A stretch of 64,000 nucleotides of DNA from Phallusia mammillata (taxonomy: Eukaryota): assembly GCA_965637545.1 (NCBI GenBank), contig OZ281495.1, forward strand, positions 22,382,001 to 22,446,000, written 5' to 3'. The position numbers were made by a program, and so were the translations under genes. Of the stretch, positions 13,873-27,146 are shown one piece after another (position 1 is the stretch's first letter; each line of letters starts with the position of its first letter). The notes under the pieces were generated by a model. The model saw only the letters and a list, made by a program, of their open reading frames with translations, searched no databases and was not told the DNA's origin.

Positions 13873-16540
13873 CTATATGTCATCAATGTTAAGATCATCA
13901 TCACCACTTTCAGCATCTCCATTGCCTGCATGAACTACTGGAGCATTTCCATTGGTTTTGTCCTCCACACGCAGCTGAGACCCTGCTCTATATGTGTATT
14001 CAATTTCAATCTGCAATAAAATACAAGCTTTGGTTATATATCAGCTGTAAACCATGAACATTATATGAAATAAACTTACTTCATCTTCTTCATTTTCACT
14101 GCTTTCCTCCTCAGCCTCCTTGAGCCACTTAACCACTGGGGCAGCTTTGGCATGAATTTGCTTACTTAGCTCCTTGCTTACATTTTTTTTGCTTTTCTTT
14201 TCACCCCACTCGATAAGGACCTCCTCATCAATAATATCGAGATCATACAAATCCTAATAGTGGCAAGAATGTATAATATCAGTTCAGCTTATGCTTATAA
14301 AAATGTGTTTTTTCAGTATTGTTTCAACCACAGTTGATCAAATCATGTTTAGAGGCATTCTTAAATTTATTTGCACCCAGGGTTTCATGTAAACTTTTTG
14401 TACCAAATAGGTCATGATGATTTTTATTACACTAAGGTGATATATATAGCATGTTGGAAACCAAATAGCAGCTGGCCAGCCACAAATCTTTTAACCAAGC
14501 CAACAATGACAGAGTGTGAAGCCAACAGCTCAACAACAGTGATGTACACACCTTCACAATATGGGCCACTTTAGGAAGCAATGCATCCGGATGAAGTTCG
14601 ACAGTCTTTTCAAATCCACACAACAGCGCTTTCTGTGCCTTCTTGTTTTCATTGCAGATCTGACATGAAAAGATTTTAACGTCAATATAAACCTTTGTGC
14701 TTTTCTTTTAACAGATATTAGCCGGTAGGCATATTTCTTTTCAACCAAGGGCTATAAGTCAAACATCAGTTGGTAAACATTTGACTCAGCATGGGTCAAA
14801 TTGGTTAATATTTGACGAAAGTTACAAGTCAAACATGACTGATGTAGCTCACTCTGTTAATTGATACCAACTTCCTGTGACTATGACATAAACGGTCTTG
14901 CTATGCCAGCCGTGTGATCACATACTACTGATTTAAGGTTTAAATTCACTAGTCAATGTATTAATCTTATTTGGGTTAGATTTTGGTTTACCACTTGCAA
15001 AATGTTGGCTTACTTACTCTTAAAAATATGCTTCTGTGTGTTTTAATTTGCTCACGCATATTGGCATTACACAAAAGCTCAACCAAGATTAGCGGTGCCT
15101 TGCTGCGCATATCCAACCTTTCGGCTTCAGCCAAAATCTCTTTCGCCAGCTGAAAATGAAAGATAAATTTTGCAGTGCAGCCTACATATTCAGATACTTT
15201 ATCTGTTTTCTTATAACATGTTTATTTCTGCTAAAAAGGTATTTATAGGTCATCATGTGATCAGCTTTTCATACTACTTATATGAAAAACAGGCTTTATG
15301 TTCCCCAAATAACCCAATTTCCGCTGCAATTTTAAACTTTTTAGGCAGTTTAAACATTATGTAGTAATATTAAAATAACTTTAGCAAGGGTCCCTATAAA
15401 ATATATAAAATGTTAGGTAGTACATGTTTTACTTGGAAATCTTGAAAGTATGCAACTATGTAGCTGAGGAAACAAGGAAAATCTTACGTTTCCAATTGTT
15501 CCATTATCAATAGACTTCTTAACAAAGTTATATAGCATGTTGGCTCTTTCTGTTGGAGTTCTTTCCAAATCTTCACTCATGGTTAGTGAAACCACACCAG
15601 AAGAGATCTCATTTAACCTTGCAGCAACTGCCTCTTCAGACACATCAACAGACCATCCATCATCAACAAAGCCATTTTCCACACCATTGCTTTTTGGCTA
15701 CCAAAACAACAGGGTTGTTGTACCCAAACCTACTTCATGAATAGGACCTTGATAAGTTAAACACTTACCTTATGATGTCCATTAGTTTTTTTGGTACCGC
15801 CATTGCTGTGACCATTTGTTGCATGGACCTCTTCCTCACTGGAGTGACCTCGTTCTCGTTCTTTGCCAGGCTTTTGCTTTTTGTCTTTTTGAGGTGGATT
15901 CTTAATGATGTATGTGCAAAGCTTGTGGCGTAAATCAACCAAGCTTTGGTTGCCACATGCCTTGCACACAAGGCCGATTGTTCCACGCTTGACCACCTGC
16001 AAAGCAAATTGAAACAATAACTATATATAAGTTATGAACACTTTTGTAATGAGGCAAAAATCTTACCATGGTTGTTTCTGGATTGTCACACTCCTGACAC
16101 AAAACAAACTTTTTGATGAAAACATCCAGCATTTCTTGCAAACGTCCACTTTCATGGGAGCCATTAACAATGTAACGGTCATGTTTTAAGTCAAACTGAG
16201 TCTGGGCACCAAGTTCACAACCAAAAAATTTGCAAGTGTCTGAAAACCAAGAAAATAAGTAATATCATCTGAAACATTTGAGTGTGTCTGTTTGCAACTT
16301 ACAAGTGGCCGGTCTTCCAAGGGCTTTTGCAATGTCAACCATATTAACAATGACCGTTTTAACACCGTTCCCTTTTCCTTCAACCTAATAAATGACATGT
16401 ATTTTGTTGACATGTAAAACGACATGGCACTTTTCTGACGAATGAATATGATGCAAAAAACTAACCTTGGCTATAATACTTGGCATTTTGTAACGGTAGA
16501 AGACATCTTGCACTTCTCGGTTAACATTAACTGAGGCCAT
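13873..16540 (-). CDS. EIF5: Eukaryotic translation initiation factor 5, multi-exon
   Basis: [34 protein letters not shown] zinc finger, W2 domain [16 protein letters not shown] and [11 protein letters not shown]-terminus DDDLNIDDI*; start context ACAATC-ATG-G. Confidence 0.97.
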
Positions 16541-17077
16541 GATTGTATTGAAGAAATATTTAAAGTGGTTTCAAAAGTTTTTTCTCTCAGTTTATTTTTC
16601 AAAGGATATCTTTTACTGTTGTTTAAGTGTCGGCATGTGCAGATGATTGCAGATTTCTTTTCAGCGTATTGATGATCATTAGAATTTGCTTCAACTAGTG
16701 TTTCTTGCTGGCTTCTTCTCCCATTCAGACCTTTGCCTGTTTTTGTGCAACTGTGACATGTAGAGGTGTAAGGACGATAACGAAACCCCTCCAGCCTTTT
16801 ATGGAACGGGAATGCTCGATTATGTATATAACCTGCAGAAAATACAAAAATACCATTACATATATTAATAACGAGTTAATGAAATTTAGATTCTCACACA
16901 ACCAAAATCAAGTCACTTCAGAAAAAAAAATGTTAAAAAAGTTATGAAAATGGGTACCACAAATTGTAAAAACATACATTGGGGTTTTTATTTAGTTTTT
17001 TTTACTGGTGTTTCCATTCTTTCACTACCAAGTACTGAAAAAGAAGTTAACTTACCGTCTTCGGTGAAACAATACAT
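16471..17077 (-). promoter_or_regulatory. Spliced overlapping uORF (127 codons) in the eIF5 5' leader
   Basis: ATG 17077 in context TTT-ATG-T; exon 17077-17056, GTAAGT intron, exon from 16832; frame open until TAG 16473-16471, 70 nt inside the eIF5 CDS. Confidence 0.75.
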
Positions 17078-17634
17078 AAACTCTTTGGGCAATCTTCAAA
17101 ACAAGTAAAAAATCTGATATTCAGATTCTTGAACACAAGAAGTATGGTATATAGTACTGAAAACAAGAGAAATTTAGAGCTCAATTTATAAAAAACGAGA
17201 CAGAAACACCCAAGTCCCAAATACAATAAAGCTACGGCAAATCCCGGTACAGTAACAGACGTATTTCAAATTTAAGTCACTTTCTTGTTATAAGTTCCCC
17301 TTTTACAAATTACCTTCACCAAAAAACGACTCAGAGTCACACCAATATTACTCAACAAGTCGCAACTCGTAACACGCAACAGAAGAATTTAGTTCTGTAA
17401 GCTCGTCTCTAGTTGTGAAACGTAAAACTGTCCCGGATGAAATTGTGACGTCAAAAGGAGTTAAACAGAGAAGTCATTGAACCATCGCAGCAACATTCTT
17501 TTGGACCACGTGATAATTTCGCAATCTTTGTTTACCATGTGGATTTCAAGATACCAAAGCAACCATTTAACAAAATAAAATGTTCATTGTTATTAAATGC
17601 AGTGTGACGTAATAAATATAATAAATTCCAACAA

Positions 17635-20156
17635 ATGGCCTGTTTTTATTTGAAACTTGTCGTAAAAATGAACTTTACCGATGAGGATGAAACACAAGCT
17701 TTGGCAAAAAGCTATCCTGAAAGAAGAAGAAAGTTTTCAAATATAATACAGCTGATTGTATTTGTCCTTGTAACTTGCACACTGCTAGCTGCCTCAGTAT
17801 TTGCGTTCCAGACTTGCATGCCCTCGAGATTTTACCGCGGATTTGATTCCTGGGGAAATGTATGTGGAGGAGATTCAAACACTTTAACTTCAATAAATAA
17901 CCTTGAAGGAAGTGGTCAGTTGAAAACAGAAAGCAAATACGTGTGGCAGTTAAATTTGGTCGGCAATGTCCCAAATTTGACAGGAGATAAAAACAACTGC
18001 TCGACAGATTTTACTCATTTGGTAAAAACCGCATCTGTAAAGGTTTGCACCAACGTTTGCCCAAACAATTCTTTGATTCTCTCCAATGCCACCAACTACA
18101 AAAGCATCTTACAAGAAAACGGCTATCAGCAAAGAAACGGAGAGGCGTACCATGTGGTAGCAAAGCTGCAAAAAGTTGAACAGTCTTGTAAAATTTTACC
18201 AAAGTAAGACTATCGTTTTCAAAAAGTCATTTATAGGATTTCATTACTTTTTTTCTTTTTAGTTCCTCCCACTTCTCATTTGTCGATATATTCGGAAGAT
18301 GCCTGCCCGACAGGCTACTGAGGAACGGATACGTTCTTATACCGGGTTATCTCAACATTTGGCATTATGTAGCAGCCGACATTCTTGTTAGTGGAAGTGC
18401 GATAACAGGCTCAGTGTTAGCAATGATGGCAACGTCTGTTATCACTTCTATACTTTCTATCAAGTGGCCCAAACATGCACTCACAGGCTGCTTATTGGGG
18501 AGCAGTGGAGGTGCTTTGTTGTGCGCAGCGTTTAACACGTTGAAGGTTTACAGTTATGCAGATGATACAACAAAGGTAATGGTTGTTAACGACAGCAAAT
18601 TCTTATGCGTTTTATTGTCTGCAATTTCTGTGCTGGTGGCTGTAGTGGCTCTTCAGAAATGGTGGGTATATAGACGCTATTTATTTGGCGCTCGAGGATT
18701 GATGGTTGAAATGTCCAAGTGTCTACATAGTCTGCCCAAACTTTTAAGTGTTCCTTTATGTACTCTTTTTGCAACGGTCATTTGCTCCATATACTTTCTA
18801 TCGGTTGGTCTTTATCTTTTAAATTGTCATTTGCTTCAAGTTTCAAAAAGTGACCAACTGGTTGAATATATAACACCGTCAATCACTATCTTTGAAGTAG
18901 TAAGTCTAATCGGGATAATTGTCGTCAATATTTGGTTTTTAAACATTTTAAGAACCTTTCAACAAGCCACTATTGCAGGGGCAGTTGCGCAATGGTACTT
19001 TGCAAAGAAGAAAAATCAGGTTCTACATCCCATAACAAACTCGTTTCGCCTCTGTTTACAATATAACATGGGTAGCGTGGTGGCCTGTGCGTTTAATAGC
19101 TGGTTTCTTAGAAGAATGTTACGAAGTGGAGGAAAAAACAACAAGATCGGCGGCACCAATGACGAGCCTGTCAATAATGACCAACACGAGCCATCCACGT
19201 GGAAATGCTGCGTTTCTCCATACGCACCTGCGTGTTTGGGAGTTTACGGTTATCTTCGAACAACATGTCTGTGCGACTTTCGAAACGACCTTTCCTGGAA
19301 TCGTAGATGTACCATCAATCAGCAGTTTACTAATCAAAAACAGCAGTCATCCAATGCTCTGAGATTCGAAGAAGAAGGTCTTGTCCGCGTTTTGCGCAGC
19401 TCTTCGTATGCTGCAAAGTCCTCCATCCAAATTCTTTTGTCGTTTCTGGTTTGTGCTACACTTAGCACTTTCCTGGCCGCATCAACATACAACACATTGT
19501 ACGTCAGGTTATTCCCTTTTGCACTTACCCTTTGCATTTCCTACATAGTGTGTGACATCTGTCTAAGCGTAACGGTGACGACACTAGACACCATTTCCAT
19601 TTGCTTTTTCGAGGATGTTACAAGAAACGACGGCCTTGCGACCCCGTTGTACTCATCCCGCGGTCTTTTATATCATATTACGGGTCTAAAGCTTCCGGAA
19701 ACTTCCACATTTGCCAGCATTCTGCGACGAAAGCGAAAAGAACTCCAACTTCAAAGTCAGTTGCAAAAGGAACTGGAACAGCGTCAACGCGATCAGGAAA
19801 TTTTCGAGCGGATTCGGATGAAGCCACGAAACGTAAAAATGCGCGAACAACGTATTCAAATGCCCAAAAGAAACAGCACACCACTTCCTGGGCAAAAACG
19901 AAACGCCAAGGTGAAAAAAGCGACACGACAGATACAACCGAAGCGACTTCAAAGCACACCGGCTCCCAATCAACGTTTGGCAAAACCTATTCCACGGGTA
20001 TCCCGAAACTCTGACGCAAGACATATGGAGAAACTTCATTATAAACCCTCACGTGTAATTCGAACAGTCCGACATCCTGATGACGAAGAACTGGACAGCG
20101 ATGAAGCCGACGATGACTCGTACCGAGCGAAAATATGGCGAGAGAGTTTTTGGTGA
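17635..20156 (+). CDS. Choline transporter-like (CTL/SLC44) family protein, 2 exons, long basic C-terminal tail
   Basis: RGFDSWGNVCG signature, CTNVCP; one ~59-nt phase-2 intron (~18204-18262) restores GRCLP; multiple TM segments; TIAGAVAQWYF, MGSV and DTISICFFED motifs. Confidence 0.85.
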
Positions 20157-21638
20157 TCGGCTGAGTTGTTTGTTATTATGCTTTCTGTGTGTTTACGTCC
20201 ATGTCAGTCACGTTTACAGTAATTGATGTTGGCCGCTCCCGACCTGTACTCACCCTTTAACGATTAAATTGAAAGCTCTTCACTATTGATGTGGCACTTG
20301 GAAGTGAGTCAGCGCGTTGTGCCATCCTCAAGTACCTTTGTTTAATGAGAACCGCTATCGTGCTTAAGCACACCTGCATACTGCTTTCCGTAGCCCGAGC
20401 AGTTGTTTATTTTTGGTTCAAAATTAGGTTTATTATGCCGTGTTTGTCAAAGTATATAAATGCACAGCACAGGAGTTGGATTTATGCTGGGATGGAAATC
20501 TTATAATAGCTGCAATCCAAACAAAACTAACGGTTAAGCTATCATGCGCTGATAGATACAATAGATTAAACCTATTTTCAAGCAATTTTAGGCCACGGGC
20601 TGATTTCTAAAATCTGGTTTACTTCACTATAGCACGATTCCCTTGGGTTGTAAATCTTAAAAAAATCAAACCTCTGTATATTGGCGAATTTTTATTATGT
20701 TCGATTGCGTAAACAAATTTCGACAAATAAATTGCATAGCAAGGTGACATAAGCGCCGCAGACAAACTATTCAATTTAAAATTATATCTCAACGACATAT
20801 GGCACAGCGCACGGCACGTTAATACAGCAGTCACTGATCTGTGTCATCGAGGCAGCAAGTTGTTTTAGGCCTCGAATCGCGAAAAAATATCGACGTCGAA
20901 AGGCTGGTTTGACCGCAGCCTGCACATACGTGCTCTGCGAAAACGAATAAGGGCGTCGCAAACCTAAATGGAAACTCAACAAAGGCAAAAGAAAACACCG
21001 CGTGCAGGTTTAAAGTAGAACATGCGGGAAAGATGATAAACATCGGATGCTACTTTGATAAAGTGGGAATATCAAAGGTGTGCCCGTCCTATTATTTCCG
21101 CGGCGCCATCGGTGCTTCAGGAAAGTGATGACAGTGAAGTTTAAAGACACAGCTGTCATTGCATGTGTTGAAAAATTGCGACTAAGTTTGTACCTTGACG
21201 TAATGTTCGTGGAAATATTACACATGTGTATTACACAGGTGTGTAAAAACATGTAAAGCGAAAAACCAAATAAATAACACTGGGCGCGTACTTACTACAA
21301 TTAGTGAAGGCACCTTGGAACATTCAAACGTTTTGCCGGGAATGAAAATGAAATAAATTATAAAACACACGCGAAATAAACTACGCATAATATTAGAATT
21401 AACTTGCAACTTATTAAAAACGATTTTGCTGACACATGATTGCATTAATAAAAAATATCTACGGGGAATGCAACTACAGTTTGGCGTACCCGTGATAGTC
21501 GATCTATTTTAAAATGCCTTGCACCATAAAACATAACTATTTGTGCGTAAACGGGAAAATTGGGATAAATTATTAATCAAAAAGGAGAGAAAATAAATTA
21601 GAACAAAAAAAGAACACCAAACAAAATAAGCGGGGAAA

Positions 21639-24546
21639 TTAAACCCACGAATTGGAAGCGGCGACTCTCTCGTGACTGCCTCCGGTGGTGAAAACCTCAT
21701 CACTGGTGGACAGGACATCGTCCTCCGTTTCTTCAACCAGTGTTGTCACAGTGCCACGTCGTTCTTCCATCGCCCTCTTGTGATCTTTTGTTCGCGAGGA
21801 CTGATGCACTGAGAGCGGCTCGGCCATCACTTCGTGGAACCTCTTAAAGTTAACATCGTACCTTCCCTTGTCGAGACGTTTGGTTACCACCGGTGCGTAT
21901 CTGCGTTAAATTGAACAGGATAGTTTAGAATTTTGTTAAACTTGTGACTTCTGAAAGCTCTTCACTACGACTGAACTGTGAAATGAAATCGGCGGCAGCG
22001 AAAATAAACAGGGACGTTTGATGACACGAAGTGATATCATTGAAATGCATTTACGGTGATCAAATCTACTTGCAACAGCAGTATCGTGTCATGACTTGCG
22101 CGTTCCAAATCCCCAAAAGCGCAGACAATAAGAGTCGTATATTTACTACACTGCAAATCGGATGCTCACTATTGCTTTCAAAGTCGAAACCAAATCCCAA
22201 TTTACCTATGGCCGTAGAATATTTCTTTGCTGAGGTAAGATGTTTGCGCCTGCATGGTTAGTCCTGTGGATTCTAAGGTTCCCGTCAGTATAAAGACGAT
22301 CTCAAAGTAGTTGTGGCTTGCGCGGTTGAATCTGTCCGCTCGAATACCTGCAAGGAGAAAGTCTCAGTCAAACTTTCGCTGTGCACTAACATGACTTTAA
22401 TTGGTCATAACCGCGGGCTATTCGGAATGTAACTCATGGTTGATCTAAGGTGTCGAGTTTGTTTGGTTAACACAACAGCTATACAAACATCCATTTTGCA
22501 AGCATATGTTAGACTTACCATACAGTGGACTTGATTTGTCAATGACATGGCAGTACTCGACAGGGGCTGTCAGAAAAGCTGATGTCGAGTTTTTAAAATG
22601 AACGTTGTGATGTTCCAGCATTAAATCAATTCCAGTTTTCTTCTCTCTCGTTTCAGCAGCTGTTTAAACAAACGCTTTGTCAGTAAAATAACAATATGGT
22701 ACGTTTGCACTTGAACAAATTAAAGGTTACTGGATATTAGAAGTGGCATGTTTATTTCAACTCACCTCGACAAGCTAACATTTTTGCTCGTACTGTCACC
22801 CCAACCAGCAAACTCTTTCTTAAGTTGGCAACACGAACAAGTAAACATCTACGCAGAAAAACACACATCCAGTTAACATCATATCGCTATGAATTAATTA
22901 CCGCTAATTACTTCACTGCTGCTTACCGTTTTCCGTCCCGTTTGCATATTACAGCCTTGGAGGCAAATAACACAGTTTTTGAACGAGAGTCGGGTCGTGC
23001 CATCCGCGCGTAACATAGACCGATGATCCACGTGTCGAAAATGCCAGATATGATGCATTGGATGGTTAAGCAGGCAACAGCAACTGGACATTCCGGTGTG
23101 ATACTCCGTAAACCGTAGCCTAAACGAAAAAATGTTGCAGCACAAAATACGGTCGCAAATTTTATTTAAAAAAAATAATTAAAAACCTTTTTAAACATGC
23201 GACGACTTGAAAAACTTGTCAAGCAGTTATTTACACGTTTAAGTTGGTAACTTTCCATTTTATTCACATAAAAACTAGAGTATGTTGTCCCGTACTCACC
23301 AATAGTTGTTTCGGATTCCATGGAAAACAGGAAAGCTGATACAAAATCATACACTTGATAAACGCATGGATCTCCCGTGGTGGCATTTGCTGATGCATTG
23401 ATAGCTTCGCTTCCGTACATTTTTGCGTAATCGTTATTGGCGATTGCGAATATCCAGTAAAGGGCGCCGAATATAATCCAGTGGCCAAGGTAAACTACCA
23501 GAGTGATAAAGAGGATCCACGACCAACTGGAGTCAAGAAAAGTAGTAAAGATGTCGTTGAAGTATCGGCTGTACATGTCGATCTTTCCGTTCACGTCCTG
23601 AATAACGCTCTTTGTTACATGGGGAATGGTTCGTTGGATTAAATGTTTAAAGGATTACACTTTTCGAAAGTCACGCAGATATACAGCAAATCCGGAAAAG
23701 ACCCAGGTTACATACCTTAATCTGTATGTTTGAAGATCCATCGGTGTCGATAAGGCGTTGGTTGTACTCGACCAGACAATTCGAGCAGTCGCAAGTGGAA
23801 GCAGCACGAACAGAGGATATCTGTAAGCTGTGGTGGTGTGGTCGACGACAATCGTTTAAGCTCGAATTCGAAACACGGTAATTTTTCCGCACCCGTCTCT
23901 GTGGTGATTGAATTCGGAAGTTTACAGAGCGCGGGGTGCCACTTTGAGAAAGTCGTGGCTTTTTCTTGTTGTTGTTATTGAAGCTGGTGTTGTAGACGGA
24001 TGTTGTACTCTCCCGCAATGAGCGGATCATCTGGGTTGAGTCGTTTGAATCTTCCCCGTCAGTTTCGTCGTTGCTCGAGTCGCAAGGAGAGCTTGGTTCG
24101 CCACATTGCGATCCCGCGTACGAGCTTGCATCCGTGTTATCGTTTGCATCTGACGAGTCGCTCTTACGCTCCAGGTATACATCGGAGCTGGGCAGAAACA
24201 CGTCGTTTCGAGAATCGGCGATGGTGGAGAGGTCGACGGCACGTCCACTGAGGGCCTTCATTTCGGTTTGGGACATTCTGAGGCGGCGGCGTTGCTGATG
24301 AAAAAAGATGCCGTTTCTGGCATAGTCCTCCAGAGAGCGGTTGTCTCGACGCAAGCAGTAAGCTGCGGATGTTGATACCGAACGGTAAAATCCCGGAGGT
24401 TTGAATGTGATGTGAGGACTGCGGTTTGCTTCGTCGTTATTGTTTTTGTCGATTCCGTTCGCGTAAGAACAGCTGTCGTCCGAGTCGCCGACGCTTGCAA
24501 GGTTGAGGTAGGAACTCTCGCTTTCCAGGCGATCTAAGTACGCCAT
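21639..24546 (-). CDS. Inward-rectifier potassium channel (Kir), multi-exon, long Ser/Asp-rich N-terminus
   Basis: RYFNDIFTTFLDSSW, AFLFSMESETTIG|YGLRSIT (TIGYG filter across an intron), CLLVRVANLRKSLL, FEIVFILTGTLESTG, QTSYLSKEIFYGHR|Y; all junctions in frame. Confidence 0.95.
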
Positions 24547-26077
24547 CGTTAAAATAATTTGATTTTTAGGCCTGCTATAATCAGCATATGCTGTAAAAAA
24601 TACGGTAACGTTTACAAGTCAGTATGACTGGTTATGGTAGTACTCCTAAAGACTGCTAGAATTAGAATGTTTACACGGTCCAAGATTTGAAAATCCGACA
24701 AAAATCAAAAATTATTTTAACCGAACTGCAAGAAAAGCTGTAATCGGATTTCACACCTGACGATAAATACCAAATTGCTTCGACATGTAGCCCCGGGCCT
24801 AAGAACTACCACCGAGCGCGCTAAATGTTCCCGCCATAAACATTCGACCATGATTCATTGGAAATGCCGTACAACGTGTTTCATTTAACAGGTCACTAGA
24901 AACCCCATAGGAAGGCGTCTGATACACCAATGACAAAAGGTGTTTGAATCCCCGTTTATAAAAGTTGTTTTATACTTCTCGCGCGACTACCTCCAGCGAA
25001 TTATTACAATACTACATCATGCCGGTTTGAACAGATTTCGCATTAATTTCCAGATTACAACTAGTTCTGCTTTTCGGCCTACTGCGCCTGCATGTTGCGG
25101 TAAGTCAACCCTGGTCTATAAAACAATTGATTGGCTCGCTATAATACTGCATGCTTTTATCCTCATGCTACAAAAAACTATAACTTTGTTCCACTACATC
25201 GCCTTGTACACAGTAGCTGGGTAAATAAATCGGCCAAAACAACGCTTTTAGCATACAGCTGTACGCAGTTAATGAGCGATGGCTGCTTCCTCAACGCACG
25301 CATTTCCTGATTGTATTGGTGCTGTCGGCGCCTCTCGTAACACGATGACTGGCAACAGTAGCAGGGAGGGTATCAATGCCATTCTATTTAAGTTGAAGAA
25401 ACGCATTACTTAACTGAAATGTAGCAATGTAAAATAGTATTCGAGCGTTCACCGCTGCAACACAATCGACAACGACACTTGCAGTATACCCGCGCAACTG
25501 CCACTTCCGCTCTTTAAGAGGAACCAACAGGGACCGAAAAAGTAAAAAAGTGCCAGAAGAAGAAACGGCCCGACCGTGTTTTTGCCGAGTTTGCCTCGTA
25601 GCCAGATTAGATGTAATCGCATTGCGCATAGCGTTGTGTGATCGCCGGCTATTACCTTTCAGAAAGTCACACTGGAGCTATTAATAGCAAACGAACAAGT
25701 ACGCGTGGCGAAGGCTCACGATTCCGCAGCCAGGGGCAAAAATAGCTAATATACTTAACTCCTGTTTACATACAACAAGCGTCATGAAAGGTTCGAAGTT
25801 GCGTAAACGAAGTTCATTAACCGATTTGACGCAAAGCTTCAGGAAACGACCAAGGGGTTGACATATCGGATCAGTCTTAAAGGTTAACCACTTTCAAGTA
25901 TATATATCACGCACATGAATGGTTTCTGTACAGCGTTCCAAATGGCACAGCAAAATATCGTGTGAATGTCTCTATTCGAGGAAATTATTTGTCACAAGGG
26001 CACGCAGGTAAAACCATAAAATCTTATTTTGGTCATGGGTTTATTGTGTGCATGCGAAACAGGGAAGGATTATATGC

Positions 26078-26459
26078 AGGGTTGCCGTCGACTTGAAACC
26101 AAAAATAAGGACAACCGAAAAAATCAAATTTTCATACGAAACAAAACAAGCGTTTGTGAACAAATCTTTGCATTTATACGAGCCATGACATATCATATGC
26201 AATATTTTGGTCAGAAACAATCTGTTCCAGCAACCCCTTGTTCGTAGAAAATGTTTCGTGCATCTCACAACATAGCTCAGGTCTAGGTTTACTTTTACTT
26301 GTAGCAGTGATTTGACTCATAATTGTTGAAAATAATACAAAATAAGGACTCAAGTAAAAAATAAGGACATTTCTTAGAAATAAGGACAATGAACTTTTCT
26401 AAGACATAGCTCTTCAAAATAAGGACAAATCTTAGAATTAAGGACGGTATGGCAACCCT
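26078..26459. mobile_element. MITE with AGGGTTGCC TIRs and internal AATAAGGAC repeats
   Basis: agggttgcc ... ggcaaccct; flanks tatatgc/tatatgt; several aataaggac copies; superfamily uncertain. Confidence 0.7.
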
Positions 26460-27146
26460 TATATGTTATAAGTCTGTTCCGTTAATGCATAAAAAAGTTA
26501 ATGGTAAATGGGAACGACTGATACGCCACACTAAAAATGCGTTTCATATGCACACCTTTTTGATTGAATATTAAATCCGGTTTGATGCAGTTAGAACCGG
26601 GGTAGTAAACTATTAATCATTTTTACGACGACATAAACCAAACATCTGAACAAGCAAATTGTTAGAGACCAAATCGGTTGTTTTATGCTTTGCTTGAATA
26701 AAGCTCATTAGTTTAATCAGGCCCAAGTCGTTAAGTGTTGTGCACCAGTGTTTTGCAGCTAACGAGTCTCCACCCAAAGTTGGACCCTTGCATTTTAGTT
26801 AAAAAATCGATTAAAAATCACTTTATATACCATTTTGCAATGACGAAAGTTCGCACAATCAACCTTTAAAAATAGTTGGCTAATTTTAAAGAAATGTTTG
26901 GAAATAATCGTTTCACACATTTGTACGTTTTGTAGTGAACTATTGAGATGTATGGAGTTTCTTTGACAAAAAATCGCATCTTGTCGCAATTGTCTTTGCA
27001 CGCGAACTACATGCCGACCCACCACAAAGTCCTGCTCCGGTTGCCATTTCTGGTCACGACAGGGGCGTACGATCGCCAAGATGTTTAGTGGAAACAGTGG
27101 GAAGGAGATTAGATCTAAACACCCTTAACACAACTTTCCACTAAGG

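Noticed and set aside
19601-20039. Alternative-frame and antisense ORFs over the CTL tail, the Kir N-terminus (24000-24500) and CEP120
   Set aside because: These are shadow ORFs expected over GC-richer real coding sequence; none has protein-like features.
25381-25398. ATTCTATTT resembling the start of the Ciona spliced leader
   Set aside because: The match stops after 9 nt; no following donor or Sm site.
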